From the NCBI GenBank assembly GCA_963521035.1, contig CAUQTL010000001.1:25063-89062 (forward strand): a DNA stretch of 64,000 nt, given 5' to 3'. Source of the DNA: an uncultured Streptococcus sp. (GTDB lineage: Bacteria > Bacillota > Bacilli > Lactobacillales > Streptococcaceae). The notes below the pieces were generated by a model. It ran no database searches. It had not been told where the DNA came from and saw nothing but the letters and a program-made list of their open reading frames with translations. Positions 52,620 through 63,024 of the stretch are shown here, one piece after another (positions within the stretch are counted from its first letter, which is position 1; each line of letters opens with the position of its first letter). Both the position numbers and the translations under genes were made by a program.

Positions 52620-54101
52620 ATGAAAAACTGGAAAAAATATGCTTTTGCATCTGCTAGCGTAGTCGCTTTGGCTGCTGGTCTCGCTGCTTGTGGAAACCTT
52701 TCAGGTAACAAGAAAGCTGCTGACTCAGCTTCAGGTGAAAAAACTGTTATCAAAATGTACCAAATCGGTGACAAACCAGATAACTTAGATGAATTGCTAG
52801 AAAATGCCAACAAAATCATCGGTGAAAAAGTTGGTGCTAAATTGGATATCCAATATCTTGGATGGGGTGACTATGATAAGAAAATGTCAGTTATCACATC
52901 ATCTGGTGAAAACTACGATATCGCCTTTGCATCTAACTATGTTGTAAATGCTCAAAAAGGTGCCTATGCTGACTTGACTGACTTGTATAAGAAAGAAGGG
53001 GCAGAGCTTTATAAAGCACTTGACCCAGCTTACATCAAAGGTAACAGCATTAACGGTAAAATTTACGCAGTTCCAGTTGCAGCCAACGTTGCATCATCTC
53101 AAAACTTCGCTTTCAACGGAACTCTTCTTGCTAAATACGGTATCGATATTTCAGGTGTCACTTCATATGAAACACTTGAACCAGTCTTGAAACAAATCAA
53201 AGAAAAAGCTCCAGATGTAGTGCCATTTGCGGTTACTAAGAACTTCATCCCATCTGATAACTTTGACTACCCAGTTCCAAATGGACTTCCATTCGTTATC
53301 GACCTTGAAGGGGACACTACTAAGATCGTAAACCGTTACGAAGTGCCTCGCTTTAAAGAACACTTGAAGACTCTTCACAAATTCTATGAAGCTGGATACA
53401 TTCCAAAAGACGTAGCAACAAGCGATACTTCATTTGACCTTCAACAAGATACTTGGTTCGTTCGTGAAGAAACAGTAGGACCAGCTGACTACGGTAACAG
53501 CTTGCTTTCACGTGTTGCGAACAAAGATATCCAAATCAAACCAATCACTAACTTCATTAAGAAAAACCAAACAACACAAGTTGCTAACTTTGTTATCTCA
53601 AACAACTCTAAGAACAAAGAAAAATCAATGGAAGTGTTGAACCTCTTGAACACTAACCCAGAACTCTTGAACGGTCTTGTTTATGGTCCAGAAGGCAAGA
53701 ACTGGGAAAAAATTCCAGGTAAAGAAAACCGTGTTAAAGTCCTTGATGGCTACAAAGGAAACACTCACATGGGTGGATGGAACACTGGTAACAACTGGAT
53801 CCTTTACATCAACGAAAACGTTACAGACCAACAAATCGAAGATTCTAAGAAACAGTTGGCTGAAGCTAAAGAATCTCCAGCACTTGGATTCATCTTTAAC
53901 ACTGACAATGTGAAATCTGAAATCTCAGCAATCTCTAACACAATGCAACAATTCGATACAGCTATCAACACTGGTACTGTAGACCCAGATAAAGCTATTC
54001 CAGAATTGATGGAAAAATTGAAATCTGAAGGTGCTTACGATAAAGTATTGAACGAAATGCAAAAACAATACGATGAATTCTTGAAAAACAAAAAATCATA
54101 A
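52620..54101 (+). CDS. Carbohydrate ABC substrate-binding lipoprotein (NgtS-like)
   Basis: Lipobox LAAC, GKIYAVP; follows two permeases. Confidence 0.88.
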   Translation: MKNWKKYAFASASVVALAAGLAACGNLSGNKKAADSASGEKTVIKMYQIGDKPDNLDELLENANKIIGEKVGAKLDIQYLGWGDYDKKMSVITSSGENYDIAFASNYVVNAQKGAYADLTDLYKKEGAELYKALDPAYIKGNSINGKIYAVPVAANVASSQNFAFNGTLLAKYGIDISGVTSYETLEPVLKQIKEKAPDVVPFAVTKNFIPSDNFDYPVPNGLPFVIDLEGDTTKIVNRYEVPRFKEHLKTLHKFYEAGYIPKDVATSDTSFDLQQDTWFVREETVGPADYGNSLLSRVANKDIQIKPITNFIKKNQTTQVANFVISNNSKNKEKSMEVLNLLNTNPELLNGLVYGPEGKNWEKIPGKENRVKVLDGYKGNTHMGGWNTGNNWILYINENVTDQQIEDSKKQLAEAKESPALGFIFNTDNVKSEISAISNTMQQFDTAINTGTVDPDKAIPELMEKLKSEGAYDKVLNEMQKQYDEFLKNKKS

Positions 54102-54333
54102 GATCAATTGATTTCGTGTATTCATTCCTAATTCCTAAAAATTGAATCACTGTTTTCCTCAGGCTTATCTGGGGGAGGCAGTGATTTTTTGAAACGAGAG
54201 CATAGATATCCGTGTTTTCTTATCGCTGTTTAACCATTCAGGAAATCTCAAATACCATTTAGGATTTGGAGTAAGGATTTAGGAAAATATAGCTTATATT
54301 AGAGATGTCTCGAGTTTACAAAGGAGAGTTCAT

Positions 54334-55023
54334 ATGAAGAAGTATCAACTTCTATTCAAAATTAGTGCAGTTTTCTCTTACCTATTTTTCGTATTTGGTC
54401 TTTCTCAGCTGACGCTTATTGTTCAAAATTATTGGCAATTTTCTTCCCAGATTGGCAATTTCGTCTGGATTCAAAATCTCTTGAGTTTGCTATTTAGCGG
54501 AGTCATGATTTGGATTCTGGTTAAGACAGGCCATGGCTATCTCTTTCGCATTCCAAGAAAAAAATGGCTTTGGTATTCGATTTTGACAGTATTAGTGGTA
54601 GTGCTCCAGATCTCTTTTAACGTTCAGACAGCTAAACATGTTCAGTCAACTGCTGAAGGTTGGGCTGTATTGATCGGTTATAGTGGGACCAACTTTGCTG
54701 AGCTAGGTATCTATATAACTTTGTTCTTTCTGACTCCACTTATGGAAGAGCTAATCTATAGAGGATTACTGCAACACGCCTTTTTTAAGCATTCGAGATT
54801 TGGCCTTGATTTGCTTCTTCCGTCAATTTTATTTGCTCTTCCTCATTTTTCAAGCCTGCCTAGTTTGTTAGATATCTTCGTCTTTGCAACATCTGGCATC
54901 ATCTTTGCTAGTTTGACCCGCTATACCAAGAGCATTTATCCATCCTATGCGGTGCATGTGATTAATAATATTTTTGCAACATTACCATTTTTGCTGACTT
55001 TTTTACAGAGGGTGTTTGGGTAA
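54334..55023 (+). CDS. CPBP/Abi (CAAX) membrane protease
   Basis: EELIYRG, FALPH, HVINN. Confidence 0.88.
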   Translation: MKKYQLLFKISAVFSYLFFVFGLSQLTLIVQNYWQFSSQIGNFVWIQNLLSLLFSGVMIWILVKTGHGYLFRIPRKKWLWYSILTVLVVVLQISFNVQTAKHVQSTAEGWAVLIGYSGTNFAELGIYITLFFLTPLMEELIYRGLLQHAFFKHSRFGLDLLLPSILFALPHFSSLPSLLDIFVFATSGIIFASLTRYTKSIYPSYAVHVINNIFATLPFLLTFLQRVFG

Positions 55024-55084
55024 ATACTGGCGCGAGAGTTAGGAATGATAGTTTTTCAATTTATAAACGAATTTCAGGAGGTAA

Positions 55085-55387
55085 ATGAGTATGACACCAT
55101 TAAAATGGTTTGCCGGAGGCAGCGAAAGACGTTGTGAAGCCATGATTATCATTGATTATCTACTGGAAGGTATAAACAATACGCCTCAACTGACTCCTTT
55201 GAAAAATCTGTTAGTAAGTTATAAAAGGCGATTAGAGGACGATGGGACCTCTACCCCATTTATATTGAGTCAAATGAATGTTGACATCTCACGTGTGTTG
55301 ATTGACAATAAGCTGATGTTATCAGAAAGTCAATCCGAGCAGATCAAAAAATTGAGAGAATTATCTGCTATTCGCTATGGTTACTGA
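55085..55387 (+). CDS. Bacteriocin immunity-family protein
   Basis: KWFAGGSER N-terminus and LSAIRYGY C-terminus typical of enterocin-A-type immunity proteins. Confidence 0.7.
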   Translation: MSMTPLKWFAGGSERRCEAMIIIDYLLEGINNTPQLTPLKNLLVSYKRRLEDDGTSTPFILSQMNVDISRVLIDNKLMLSESQSEQIKKLRELSAIRYGY

Positions 55388-55518
55388 TGAAGTGCAGGGA
55401 TAAGCACCTTTCTACAATTTCCAGTCAAATAAATTGCATTCGTTTTCTCAAGCAGGTATACTAGTATAGTTAGATGAAAAATTCTGAAAATTTAAGAATA
55501 GAAAAGAGAACAAATCTT

Positions 55519-56505
55519 ATGGCAAAAGATATTCGTGTCTTACTTTACTACCTTTATACTCCAATTGAAAATGCAGAGCAATTTGCTGCAGATCACTTGG
55601 CTTTCTGTAAATCAATCGGCCTTAAAGGCCGTATCCTAGTCGCTGACGAGGGAATTAACGGAACAGTTTCAGGTGACTACGAAACAACTCAAAAATACAT
55701 GGACTACGTTCACAGCCTCCCAGGCATGGAAGACCTCTGGTTTAAGATTGACGAAGAAAGTGAACAAGCCTTCAAGAAGATGTTCGTTCGCTACAAAAAA
55801 GAAATTGTCCACCTTGGTTTGGAAGACAACGACTTTGACAACGACATCAACCCACTTGAAACAACAGGTGCCTACTTGTCTCCAAAAGAGTTCAAAGAAG
55901 CCCTTCTTGACGAAGATACAGTTGTCCTTGACACACGTAACGATTATGAGTACGACCTAGGACACTTCCGTGGGGCTATCCGCCCAGATATCCGCAACTT
56001 CCGTGAGTTGCCACAATGGGTTCGTGATAACAAGGAAAAATTCATGGACAAGCGCGTCGTGGTTTACTGTACAGGTGGTGTTCGCTGTGAGAAATTCTCA
56101 GGCTGGATGGTCCGTGAAGGCTACAAAGATGTTGGTCAATTGCACGGAGGAATCGCAACTTACGGTAAAGACCCAGAAGTCCAAGGTGAACTTTGGGATG
56201 GGAAAATGTACGTCTTTGACGAGCGTATTGCCGTAGATGTTAACCATGTCAACCCAACTATCGTAGGAAAAGACTGGTTTGATGGAACACCATGTGAACG
56301 TTATGTCAACTGTGGAAATCCATTCTGTAACCGTCGTATCTTGACATCAGAAGAAAATGAAGACAAGTACCTTCGTGGATGCTCACACGAGTGCCGTGTT
56401 CACCCACGTAACCGCTATGTTTCAGAAAATGAATTGACACAAGCTGAAGTTGTCGAGCGCCTAGCCGCTATCGGTGAAAGCTTGGATCAAGCAGCTACTG
56501 TATAA
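55519..56505 (+). CDS. trhO: Rhodanese-domain tRNA hydroxylase (UPF0176)
   Basis: [30 protein letters not shown]. Confidence 0.9.
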   Translation: MAKDIRVLLYYLYTPIENAEQFAADHLAFCKSIGLKGRILVADEGINGTVSGDYETTQKYMDYVHSLPGMEDLWFKIDEESEQAFKKMFVRYKKEIVHLGLEDNDFDNDINPLETTGAYLSPKEFKEALLDEDTVVLDTRNDYEYDLGHFRGAIRPDIRNFRELPQWVRDNKEKFMDKRVVVYCTGGVRCEKFSGWMVREGYKDVGQLHGGIATYGKDPEVQGELWDGKMYVFDERIAVDVNHVNPTIVGKDWFDGTPCERYVNCGNPFCNRRILTSEENEDKYLRGCSHECRVHPRNRYVSENELTQAEVVERLAAIGESLDQAATV

Positions 56506-56626
56506 GATTAAACAGTCCTCAGGGGCTGTTTTTCTATGCTTTTTACTCAAAAATCTAAAGTTTGTTTCTGTATCTTTCAGGAAAATAAGGTATACTATAT
56601 GTAAACGATTTCAAAGGAGTCCAGTT

Positions 56627-57487
56627 ATGACGAAAACATTTTTTATTCCAAATAAACAGAGCATTTTAGGAGAACAGGAAATTTTGACTGCCAAGTCTAT
56701 CTTGACCTTGGTAGATGGCTTGGAGTCACATAGCTATGATGCAGTCTATCTCCGTCAGCCTCTTAATCGTCTCGAGTATATCGAGTGTGCGATAGTGGGG
56801 CAATCACAATTTCTTTTTAAAGTCAGTTATGATGATGGTCAAAAGGCTTACCGTGTCGATCTTCCTGACCTACTAACGAAGACAGACTGGCAGATTATCA
56901 AAGCATTTTTAGAAGCCCTACTTGCTTATACAGGAACTGAGATTGAAGGGCTCAATGGTTTTGACTTTGAAGCTTATTTCCAAGCAAGTATTCAAGCCTA
57001 TCTAGCAGACACTGGAGCTCGTTTGACGATTTTCCAAGGAATTTTTAATCCTGTTTTCTTTAGTCATGAGGATTTGAAAAGCTTTTTAGGGGAAGATGGC
57101 TTGGCTCAGTTTGAAGCGCGTGTACGTGCGGTTCAAGAGACAGACGCCTACTTTGCAAGAGTTTCCTTCTATCAGGATGGAGAAGGTCAAGTGCACGGTG
57201 TTTACCATCTGGCTCAAGGGGTCAAGACCGTTTTACCGAGAGAACCATTTGTTCCTGCAGCCTATACTGAGCAATTGGTGGATAAGGAAGTGCAGTGGGA
57301 GATTGACTTGGTTCAAATCACAGGAGATGGCTCTAAACCAGAAGACTATCAAGCCATTGCCCGCTTGAACTATGCAAAATTCCTAGAGTCACTACCATCA
57401 GCATCTTACCACCAACTAGATGCCAATCAATTAGAAGTACAACCCATCCTAGGACAAGATTTTAAAACATTAGCACAAGAAAAGTAA
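56627..57487 (+). CDS. Conserved streptococcal protein (DUF4299-like)
   Basis: ATG after AAGGAG; cre-like TGTAAACGATTTCA at 56600-56613. Confidence 0.65.
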   Translation: MTKTFFIPNKQSILGEQEILTAKSILTLVDGLESHSYDAVYLRQPLNRLEYIECAIVGQSQFLFKVSYDDGQKAYRVDLPDLLTKTDWQIIKAFLEALLAYTGTEIEGLNGFDFEAYFQASIQAYLADTGARLTIFQGIFNPVFFSHEDLKSFLGEDGLAQFEARVRAVQETDAYFARVSFYQDGEGQVHGVYHLAQGVKTVLPREPFVPAAYTEQLVDKEVQWEIDLVQITGDGSKPEDYQAIARLNYAKFLESLPSASYHQLDANQLEVQPILGQDFKTLAQEK

Positions 57488-57555
57488 AGTAGAAGCAGGT
57501 CAATCGACTTGCTTTTTTGACATAGAAAAAATCCTGCCATGGAAGACAGGATTGC

Positions 57556-57706
57556 TACTCAATGAAAATCAAAGAGCAAACTAGGAAGCTAGCCGCAGGC
57601 TGCTCAAAACACTGTTTTGAGGTTGTAGATAAGACTGACAAAGTCAGGAACATATATCTACGGTAAGGCGAAGCTGACGTGGTTTGAAGGGATTTTCGAA
57701 GAGTAT
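57556..57706 (+). repeat. BOX element (boxABC)
   Basis: TACTCAATGAAAATCAAAGAGCAAACTAGG...TTTTCGAAGAGTAT. Confidence 0.9.
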
Positions 57707-57711
57707 GAAGT

Positions 57712-58776
57712 TTAAATAAAGGCTAAGATACGGAGATAATCCCCAATCAGTGCCACTTCAGCTACAAAGAAGAGGAGGATAATGACTCCGTTCACAAGGA
57801 CAGACAAGAATAATTGATAGAAGGAGTCGGTTTCACTTGCTTGGCTTGGTCTTGTAATGATATGGAGACTGGCAAGAAGAATGATTCCAATGCTAATCAC
57901 ACACAAGAGGGCTGTAAATCGCAGGCTATCAAAGAAGGCAAAGAAACTAGCAATAGCAGTGAGGAAGATTGGAATTGCCAAGAGTTGACTATATTGTTGG
58001 AGAATCTTTTCTAGCGTCCAGTCCTTTTCCTGGTAGATAAATCGTCTCACGACGAAACTACCCAAGAGGAATGAAAAGAAGAAGAGCGTTGTTGCTACTA
58101 GGATAGAGATAATCGAAAAGAGATTTAATGAAGCAAATTGTTCAGGGAAGTGATTATGCATAGTTGCTATATGTCCATAGTAGGCTTGTTTGATGTGGTA
58201 GATACTAAAGAAAAAGGAAGATGCAGAAAACAGAATGAGCAAGAGAAAGGCTGTGTAACTGTGTGTGCTACTTGTTTCAAGATTGCTCGTAGGAGATTTG
58301 AGAGCTTCCACTAGCCAAGACCAAAAATCAAGCGCTTGCTCTTTCCATCTATCCGTAGATTTTGGAGCTTGGTCGGGGATATAGGGACTTTCTAAGGATT
58401 GACTGATAAGAAGGGGCTCTTTCGTGCTTGTTTTTTGCTGCGGAAGAGCTTCTTGGCTTTCTTCGGCTATAGTGACTTTTTCTGTTTCTTTAGAAATATC
58501 TGGCTCTTCTTCAGTAGAATCTAATGCTTTCTTTTCTTCTATTTCTGTTCTAGCTTCACTGTCTTCAGGAGCTTCGATTTTCTCTTCTTGCTGATTTTCA
58601 AGTTCGACTTTAGCTTGAGAGACTTCCTCCTCTACTTGAGTATTTTTTTCAATTGGTGTATCGAGATCGGCTATCGTTTCTTCAGCCTTGTCTGCAACCT
58701 CTTGAGCTTGCTCTTCAGGTTTGTTCTTGCTTGTTGTTTTTACAAAATCATTACTTTCAAACCATTCTTGTTTCAT
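57712..58776 (-). CDS. Membrane protein with acidic low-complexity N-terminus
   Basis: Glu-rich N-half, five hydrophobic segments; GGAGG RBS. Confidence 0.75.
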   Translation of the reverse strand: MKQEWFESNDFVKTTSKNKPEEQAQEVADKAEETIADLDTPIEKNTQVEEEVSQAKVELENQQEEKIEAPEDSEARTEIEEKKALDSTEEEPDISKETEKVTIAEESQEALPQQKTSTKEPLLISQSLESPYIPDQAPKSTDRWKEQALDFWSWLVEALKSPTSNLETSSTHSYTAFLLLILFSASSFFFSIYHIKQAYYGHIATMHNHFPEQFASLNLFSIISILVATTLFFFSFLLGSFVVRRFIYQEKDWTLEKILQQYSQLLAIPIFLTAIASFFAFFDSLRFTALLCVISIGIILLASLHIITRPSQASETDSFYQLFLSVLVNGVIILLFFVAEVALIGDYLRILAFI

Positions 58777-58838
58777 GGTAGAACCTCCTTTTTAGTTAGA
58801 TAAATATGCTTCCATAGTAGCAGATGTAAGCGCTTTTG

Positions 58839-59750
58839 TCAACGTCTGTTTGATGTGGATACTAGCTCAATATTATCATCAGATCTCGCAATGAGTTGAT
58901 CCTTGACATCGGCTTTTTCAGTTTTGTAAGGGTTGCTTAATTCCGTGCCTCTTGATTCAGGCTTTACTCTTGTGAATTGGTGGATAGGACCATATTTACT
59001 TGAGACGTCCCAGTTAATTCGTTGGTTCTCTTTCTGGTCTAGGATGATTCTGAGATACTTTTTGGCAGTCAGTTCAACCTTACCATGGACTTGGATATTT
59101 TCAGCATGGAAGTGCTTCTCTGTTGACTCTAGCTGACTATCTGTAAGGTCTGTATCAAAGATATTAACGATATTAGGGGTTGTGAGTTTACTGTTTTTGA
59201 TACGACTTCCTTCAATTCGGAGGATATAGCTGTTTGTATTGAGGGTCGCATTTTCAAGGCTAGCATTAGTGATACTGGTTTGTCTGCGATTGGCTGAGAT
59301 GTTGATTCCTTTTAGATTTCTCCCTTTTGGTAGTCGGAGAATAACTTCTTCAAAACGACTAGAGTAGCTACTTGCGATATGGAGAATCCCACCAATTCCA
59401 GAAGATAGAAACTGAGTTTCAGACAGTTTTTTATCCGTTAGGCTCAGCGTTTTATTGTTCTGATTTGTGATAAGATCATGGTTAGCAGAAATAGATGGAT
59501 GGTAAGAAATGTGGATTTGATCATCGAAAGAGTCTGTGATGGTCAGCGCGTGTTGGTGGAGAGTAATTTCTAGGTTTTCGACTTCCTTGCCAAAGGTTAG
59601 CTCTTCCGTACGGCTATCATAGACAGGTTCTTTGGACATGGCAAGTAGGCTCTTAATTCCGTCAGATTGGATGCCTACAAAGAGCAGGACAAAGCCGATA
59701 ACGGTAGTCACAACACCAAAAATGAGAAATCCTTTTGTCCATTTACGCAT
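58839..59750 (-). CDS. DUF4097-like membrane-anchored protein
   Basis: N-terminal TM, beta-rich body; follows PadR and DUF1700 genes. Confidence 0.7.
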   Translation of the reverse strand: MRKWTKGFLIFGVVTTVIGFVLLFVGIQSDGIKSLLAMSKEPVYDSRTEELTFGKEVENLEITLHQHALTITDSFDDQIHISYHPSISANHDLITNQNNKTLSLTDKKLSETQFLSSGIGGILHIASSYSSRFEEVILRLPKGRNLKGINISANRRQTSITNASLENATLNTNSYILRIEGSRIKNSKLTTPNIVNIFDTDLTDSQLESTEKHFHAENIQVHGKVELTAKKYLRIILDQKENQRINWDVSSKYGPIHQFTRVKPESRGTELSNPYKTEKADVKDQLIARSDDNIELVSTSNRR

Positions 59751-60336
59751 GCTGGTCACCTCTCTTTCCTTTTTTAAGAACAAATTGCACCAGGCGAACA
59801 ATGAGTAGACCGAAGAAGCGAGCTACATAGGAAATACCTAATAAAACCAGCGAAGAAGCACCGATAGCTAGTAAACCAGAACCGAAAATCAAGATAAAGG
59901 CTGATTTAGCTTGGGCTAGGACAGTAAAACTTTCAACTAAAAATAGGAATCCGCCGATGATACCAAGTATGGAAACTGCAAAGAAAGCCAGAATGACAGT
60001 CAAAGCAGCAACAAGGATTGCGAACAGGGACACGAGGATGGCGATTCCCAGAGGAATACCAATAGGGGCTGCAAGGAGAGCTAACAAGGCGATATGCAAA
60101 ATTTGTCGGTTATTCTTTTGAGCGGGTGCTTCATTGATTTTTTTATCGAGAAGATTAGAGAGAACTTCGTGGGCCGCTTCTTTGGGAGTTCCCAAGCTAG
60201 CGATAAGTTCTTCTTCTCCTTCGACTCCAGCATCGTCAAAGAGTTCCCTGAAATAGTCCATGGCTTCAATTTGGTCAGCCTGAGGCAGTTTTTTGAGATA
60301 GAGTTCTAGCTGAGTCAGGTATTCAGTTCTTGTCAT
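59743..60336 (-). CDS. DUF1700-like membrane protein
   Basis: YLTQLELYLKKLP...LGTPKEAA motif. Confidence 0.8.
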   Translation of the reverse strand: MTRTEYLTQLELYLKKLPQADQIEAMDYFRELFDDAGVEGEEELIASLGTPKEAAHEVLSNLLDKKINEAPAQKNNRQILHIALLALLAAPIGIPLGIAILVSLFAILVAALTVILAFFAVSILGIIGGFLFLVESFTVLAQAKSAFILIFGSGLLAIGASSLVLLGISYVARFFGLLIVRLVQFVLKKGKRGDQHA

Positions 60337-60649
60337 GGCGGATACTCCCTTCTATGATGCCATTGATGGTGTCTGTATAAAGTGCCCATTCATCTTTTAG
60401 GGTCACGAGCTGCTCTATACCACCGTTTGTCAAGGAGTAGTATTTGCGCATGCGACCTTGGAACTCTCTAGAATAGGTGGTCAGAAAGCTATTGCCTTCC
60501 AATTTTTTGAGAATGGGATAGAGCGTAGATTCTTTGATGTTAGCGATAAGCTTAATGGTTTGGCTAATTTCATAACCATAAGAATCATCCTGCTCTAGTA
60601 CGGCCAAGATGAGAAATTCAATCAAGGCAGAGGATGTTGGAAAGTACAT
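60323..60649 (-). CDS. PadR-family regulator
   Basis: SYGYEI, ESTLYPILKKLE, RKYYSLT. Confidence 0.92.
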   Translation of the reverse strand: MYFPTSSALIEFLILAVLEQDDSYGYEISQTIKLIANIKESTLYPILKKLEGNSFLTTYSREFQGRMRKYYSLTNGGIEQLVTLKDEWALYTDTINGIIEGSIRHDKN

Positions 60650-60787
60650 GGGAAACCTCCTTTTCTAATGTGTAAGATTTTTATATATAATTTTTCTACA
60701 CATACATTGTACATCTAAAAGAAAGCCCTGTCAAGAAAAATGTGTAAAATTTTTATATATAAAAAACTTCTAGCTAAAACTAGAAGT

Positions 60788-61954
60788 TTAGAGGATTTTA
60801 TCAGCCCTATCTACTGTAAAGAGGGCCACAGTCATCAGGATATCGACGAGCAAGAGGGCAGCTACAGCTGGCACCCAAGAGTGGAAAAGGTCAAAACTGT
60901 AACCAAAGAGAGTCGGTCCAAAGGCTGCCAGAATATAGCCTCCTGTTTGAGATAGACCGGACAATTGGGCTGTCTTTTCAGGAGCGCTTGTCTTGAGTGA
61001 AAAGTTGACCATGAGATAAGGGAAGAGGGCACTGGTTGCGGTTCCGATGAGGAGATGGATGGCAAGCCAGTAAAAGAAATTACCGATTGGGAAAAAGAGC
61101 ATGGAAATACCGACCACACCAGCTAGTGAAACCAGAGTGAGCATGAGCTGACGGTTACGAGTAGATAAACTGGTTGTCAGGCTTGGGATGGTCATTGAAA
61201 AAGGAATGCTAATCAGAGAGAAGATAGAGGTCAGCAAGCCAGCTTCGTGACTGGATAGGCCTGCATGGATGGCCATGGTAGGTAGCCAGGTCATAGCGGT
61301 GTAAAAGAGCAAGGATTGAAAACCTGCAAAGACAATCACTGCCCAGACCTGTTTATTACGCATGACCTTTGCTTTGCTTTTTTGTTTGGTTTGTGGAGCT
61401 AGTCTGTGATTATAGCGGTGATTTGGGAGCCAGACCAAAAAAGTTGCTAGACAGAGCAGGGTGAGGAGGATGATAAGTCCTTTCCAAGAACTGGCTTGTG
61501 TAATGGGCACAGCTAGATAGGAAGCCAGAGCCGTCGCAACCCCCATAGAAGTTACATATAAGGTGGTCAGATAACCAATTTTCTTTGGTTGATTAGCTTG
61601 GATAAGACTAGGAAGCAGAACATTGATGACTGCGATACTTGCCCCAACCATCAAGGTTCCTAGATAGAGCAGGGGCAGATTGATTAGTCGAATGAGAGAA
61701 CCGATGGTCAAGAAGAAAAGGCCATAGGTAAAGAGATGCTCCAAGCCAATTTTCTGAGCTAGTCGGGTAGAAAATAGCGAGAAGAGGGTAAACATGAGGA
61801 GAGGAAGGCTGGTCAGGACACCAAGTGAACTAACTTCGACTCCCAGCCCTTGCGAAATATCTCCCAAAATAATGGGTAAAACAGTAAAAGGGGTCCGCAA
61901 GGAAACACCAATCAGGATAATACCTGGAACAAAAAAGAGTGATTGCTTTTTCAT
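60788..61954 (-). CDS. CynX-like MFS transporter
   Basis: 12-TM pattern, LSGLSQTGGYILAAFGP. Confidence 0.85.
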   Translation of the reverse strand: MKKQSLFFVPGIILIGVSLRTPFTVLPIILGDISQGLGVEVSSLGVLTSLPLLMFTLFSLFSTRLAQKIGLEHLFTYGLFFLTIGSLIRLINLPLLYLGTLMVGASIAVINVLLPSLIQANQPKKIGYLTTLYVTSMGVATALASYLAVPITQASSWKGLIILLTLLCLATFLVWLPNHRYNHRLAPQTKQKSKAKVMRNKQVWAVIVFAGFQSLLFYTAMTWLPTMAIHAGLSSHEAGLLTSIFSLISIPFSMTIPSLTTSLSTRNRQLMLTLVSLAGVVGISMLFFPIGNFFYWLAIHLLIGTATSALFPYLMVNFSLKTSAPEKTAQLSGLSQTGGYILAAFGPTLFGYSFDLFHSWVPAVAALLLVDILMTVALFTVDRADKIL

Positions 61955-62108
61955 ATAATACCTCTCCTAGCTGATTTTAATAACAGCTTATTTTAAGGTT
62001 TTTTCCTTATAATGTCAAGTAAGGTTTTGGGCTTTCAAGATAAAAATGGGAAAGTCTTGAAAATTATGATAAAATAGTGGAAGGAAATCTATACATTGGA
62101 GAAAAACT

Positions 62109-62939
62109 GTGTCTGAAAAGCAAAAAATCAGCGTATTGATGTCGGTCTATATCAAGGAAAATCCGACATTTTTAAAGGATGCTATTGAGAGTGTTCAAAA
62201 TCAGACCCTGAAACCGAGCGAATTGGTTCTGGTTGAGGATGGGCCTTTGACATCTGAACTCTATCAGGTATTAGACCAGCTTGAAGTTGAGTCTGATATT
62301 CCAGTGAAACGCTATCCTCTTGAGCAGAATCAAGGTTTGGGTCTGGCTCTTCGACAGGGTGTTTTGCAGTGTCAGTACGATATCATCGCTCGTATGGATA
62401 CGGATGATATAGCTGTTCCAGACCGTTTTGAGAAACAGGTTCAGCTAATGGAGGAGGACAACCTCGACCTATTAGGTGGACATATTGCAGAGTTTATTGA
62501 CAATCCTGATGAGATCGTTTCTTACCGTCGTGTTCCAACCCAGCATGCAGATATTGTAACTTATCAAAGGATGAGAAGTGCCTTTAACCACATGACTGTC
62601 ATGTTCAAGAAGGACATGGTTCTCAAGGCAGGCAACTATGAGGATGGCCTTTATATGGAGGATGACCTCCTCTGGCTCAACATGATTGCTGCAGGAGCCA
62701 AGACTGGAAATCTGGATCAAATCTTGTGTAAGGTTCGTGTCGGAGCAGGGATGTTTGAGCGTCGTGGGGGACTGCGTTACCTCAAACTCTATCGTCAAGC
62801 TCGTCAGCGCATGCTGAAGAGAGGGCAAATTTCTTACATGGAGTATGCCAAGAGTGTTGCCATTCAGATGGTTGTTGCTCTTTGTCCCGGATTTGTCCGA
62901 CAGTTTATTTTTATGAAACTGTTACGAAAAAGCAAGTAA
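62109..62939 (+). CDS. GT2 glycosyltransferase
   Basis: SVLMSVY, VEDGPL, ARMDTDD, EDDLLW. Confidence 0.9.
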   Translation: MSEKQKISVLMSVYIKENPTFLKDAIESVQNQTLKPSELVLVEDGPLTSELYQVLDQLEVESDIPVKRYPLEQNQGLGLALRQGVLQCQYDIIARMDTDDIAVPDRFEKQVQLMEEDNLDLLGGHIAEFIDNPDEIVSYRRVPTQHADIVTYQRMRSAFNHMTVMFKKDMVLKAGNYEDGLYMEDDLLWLNMIAAGAKTGNLDQILCKVRVGAGMFERRGGLRYLKLYRQARQRMLKRGQISYMEYAKSVAIQMVVALCPGFVRQFIFMKLLRKSK

Positions 62940-63024
62940 AAGATTGTAGCAAATCATAAACTAGAGAAAAAGTGTTATAATAACAATATAACTATTCGGC
63001 TCTTTTAAGGAGGAGTAAATTTCT

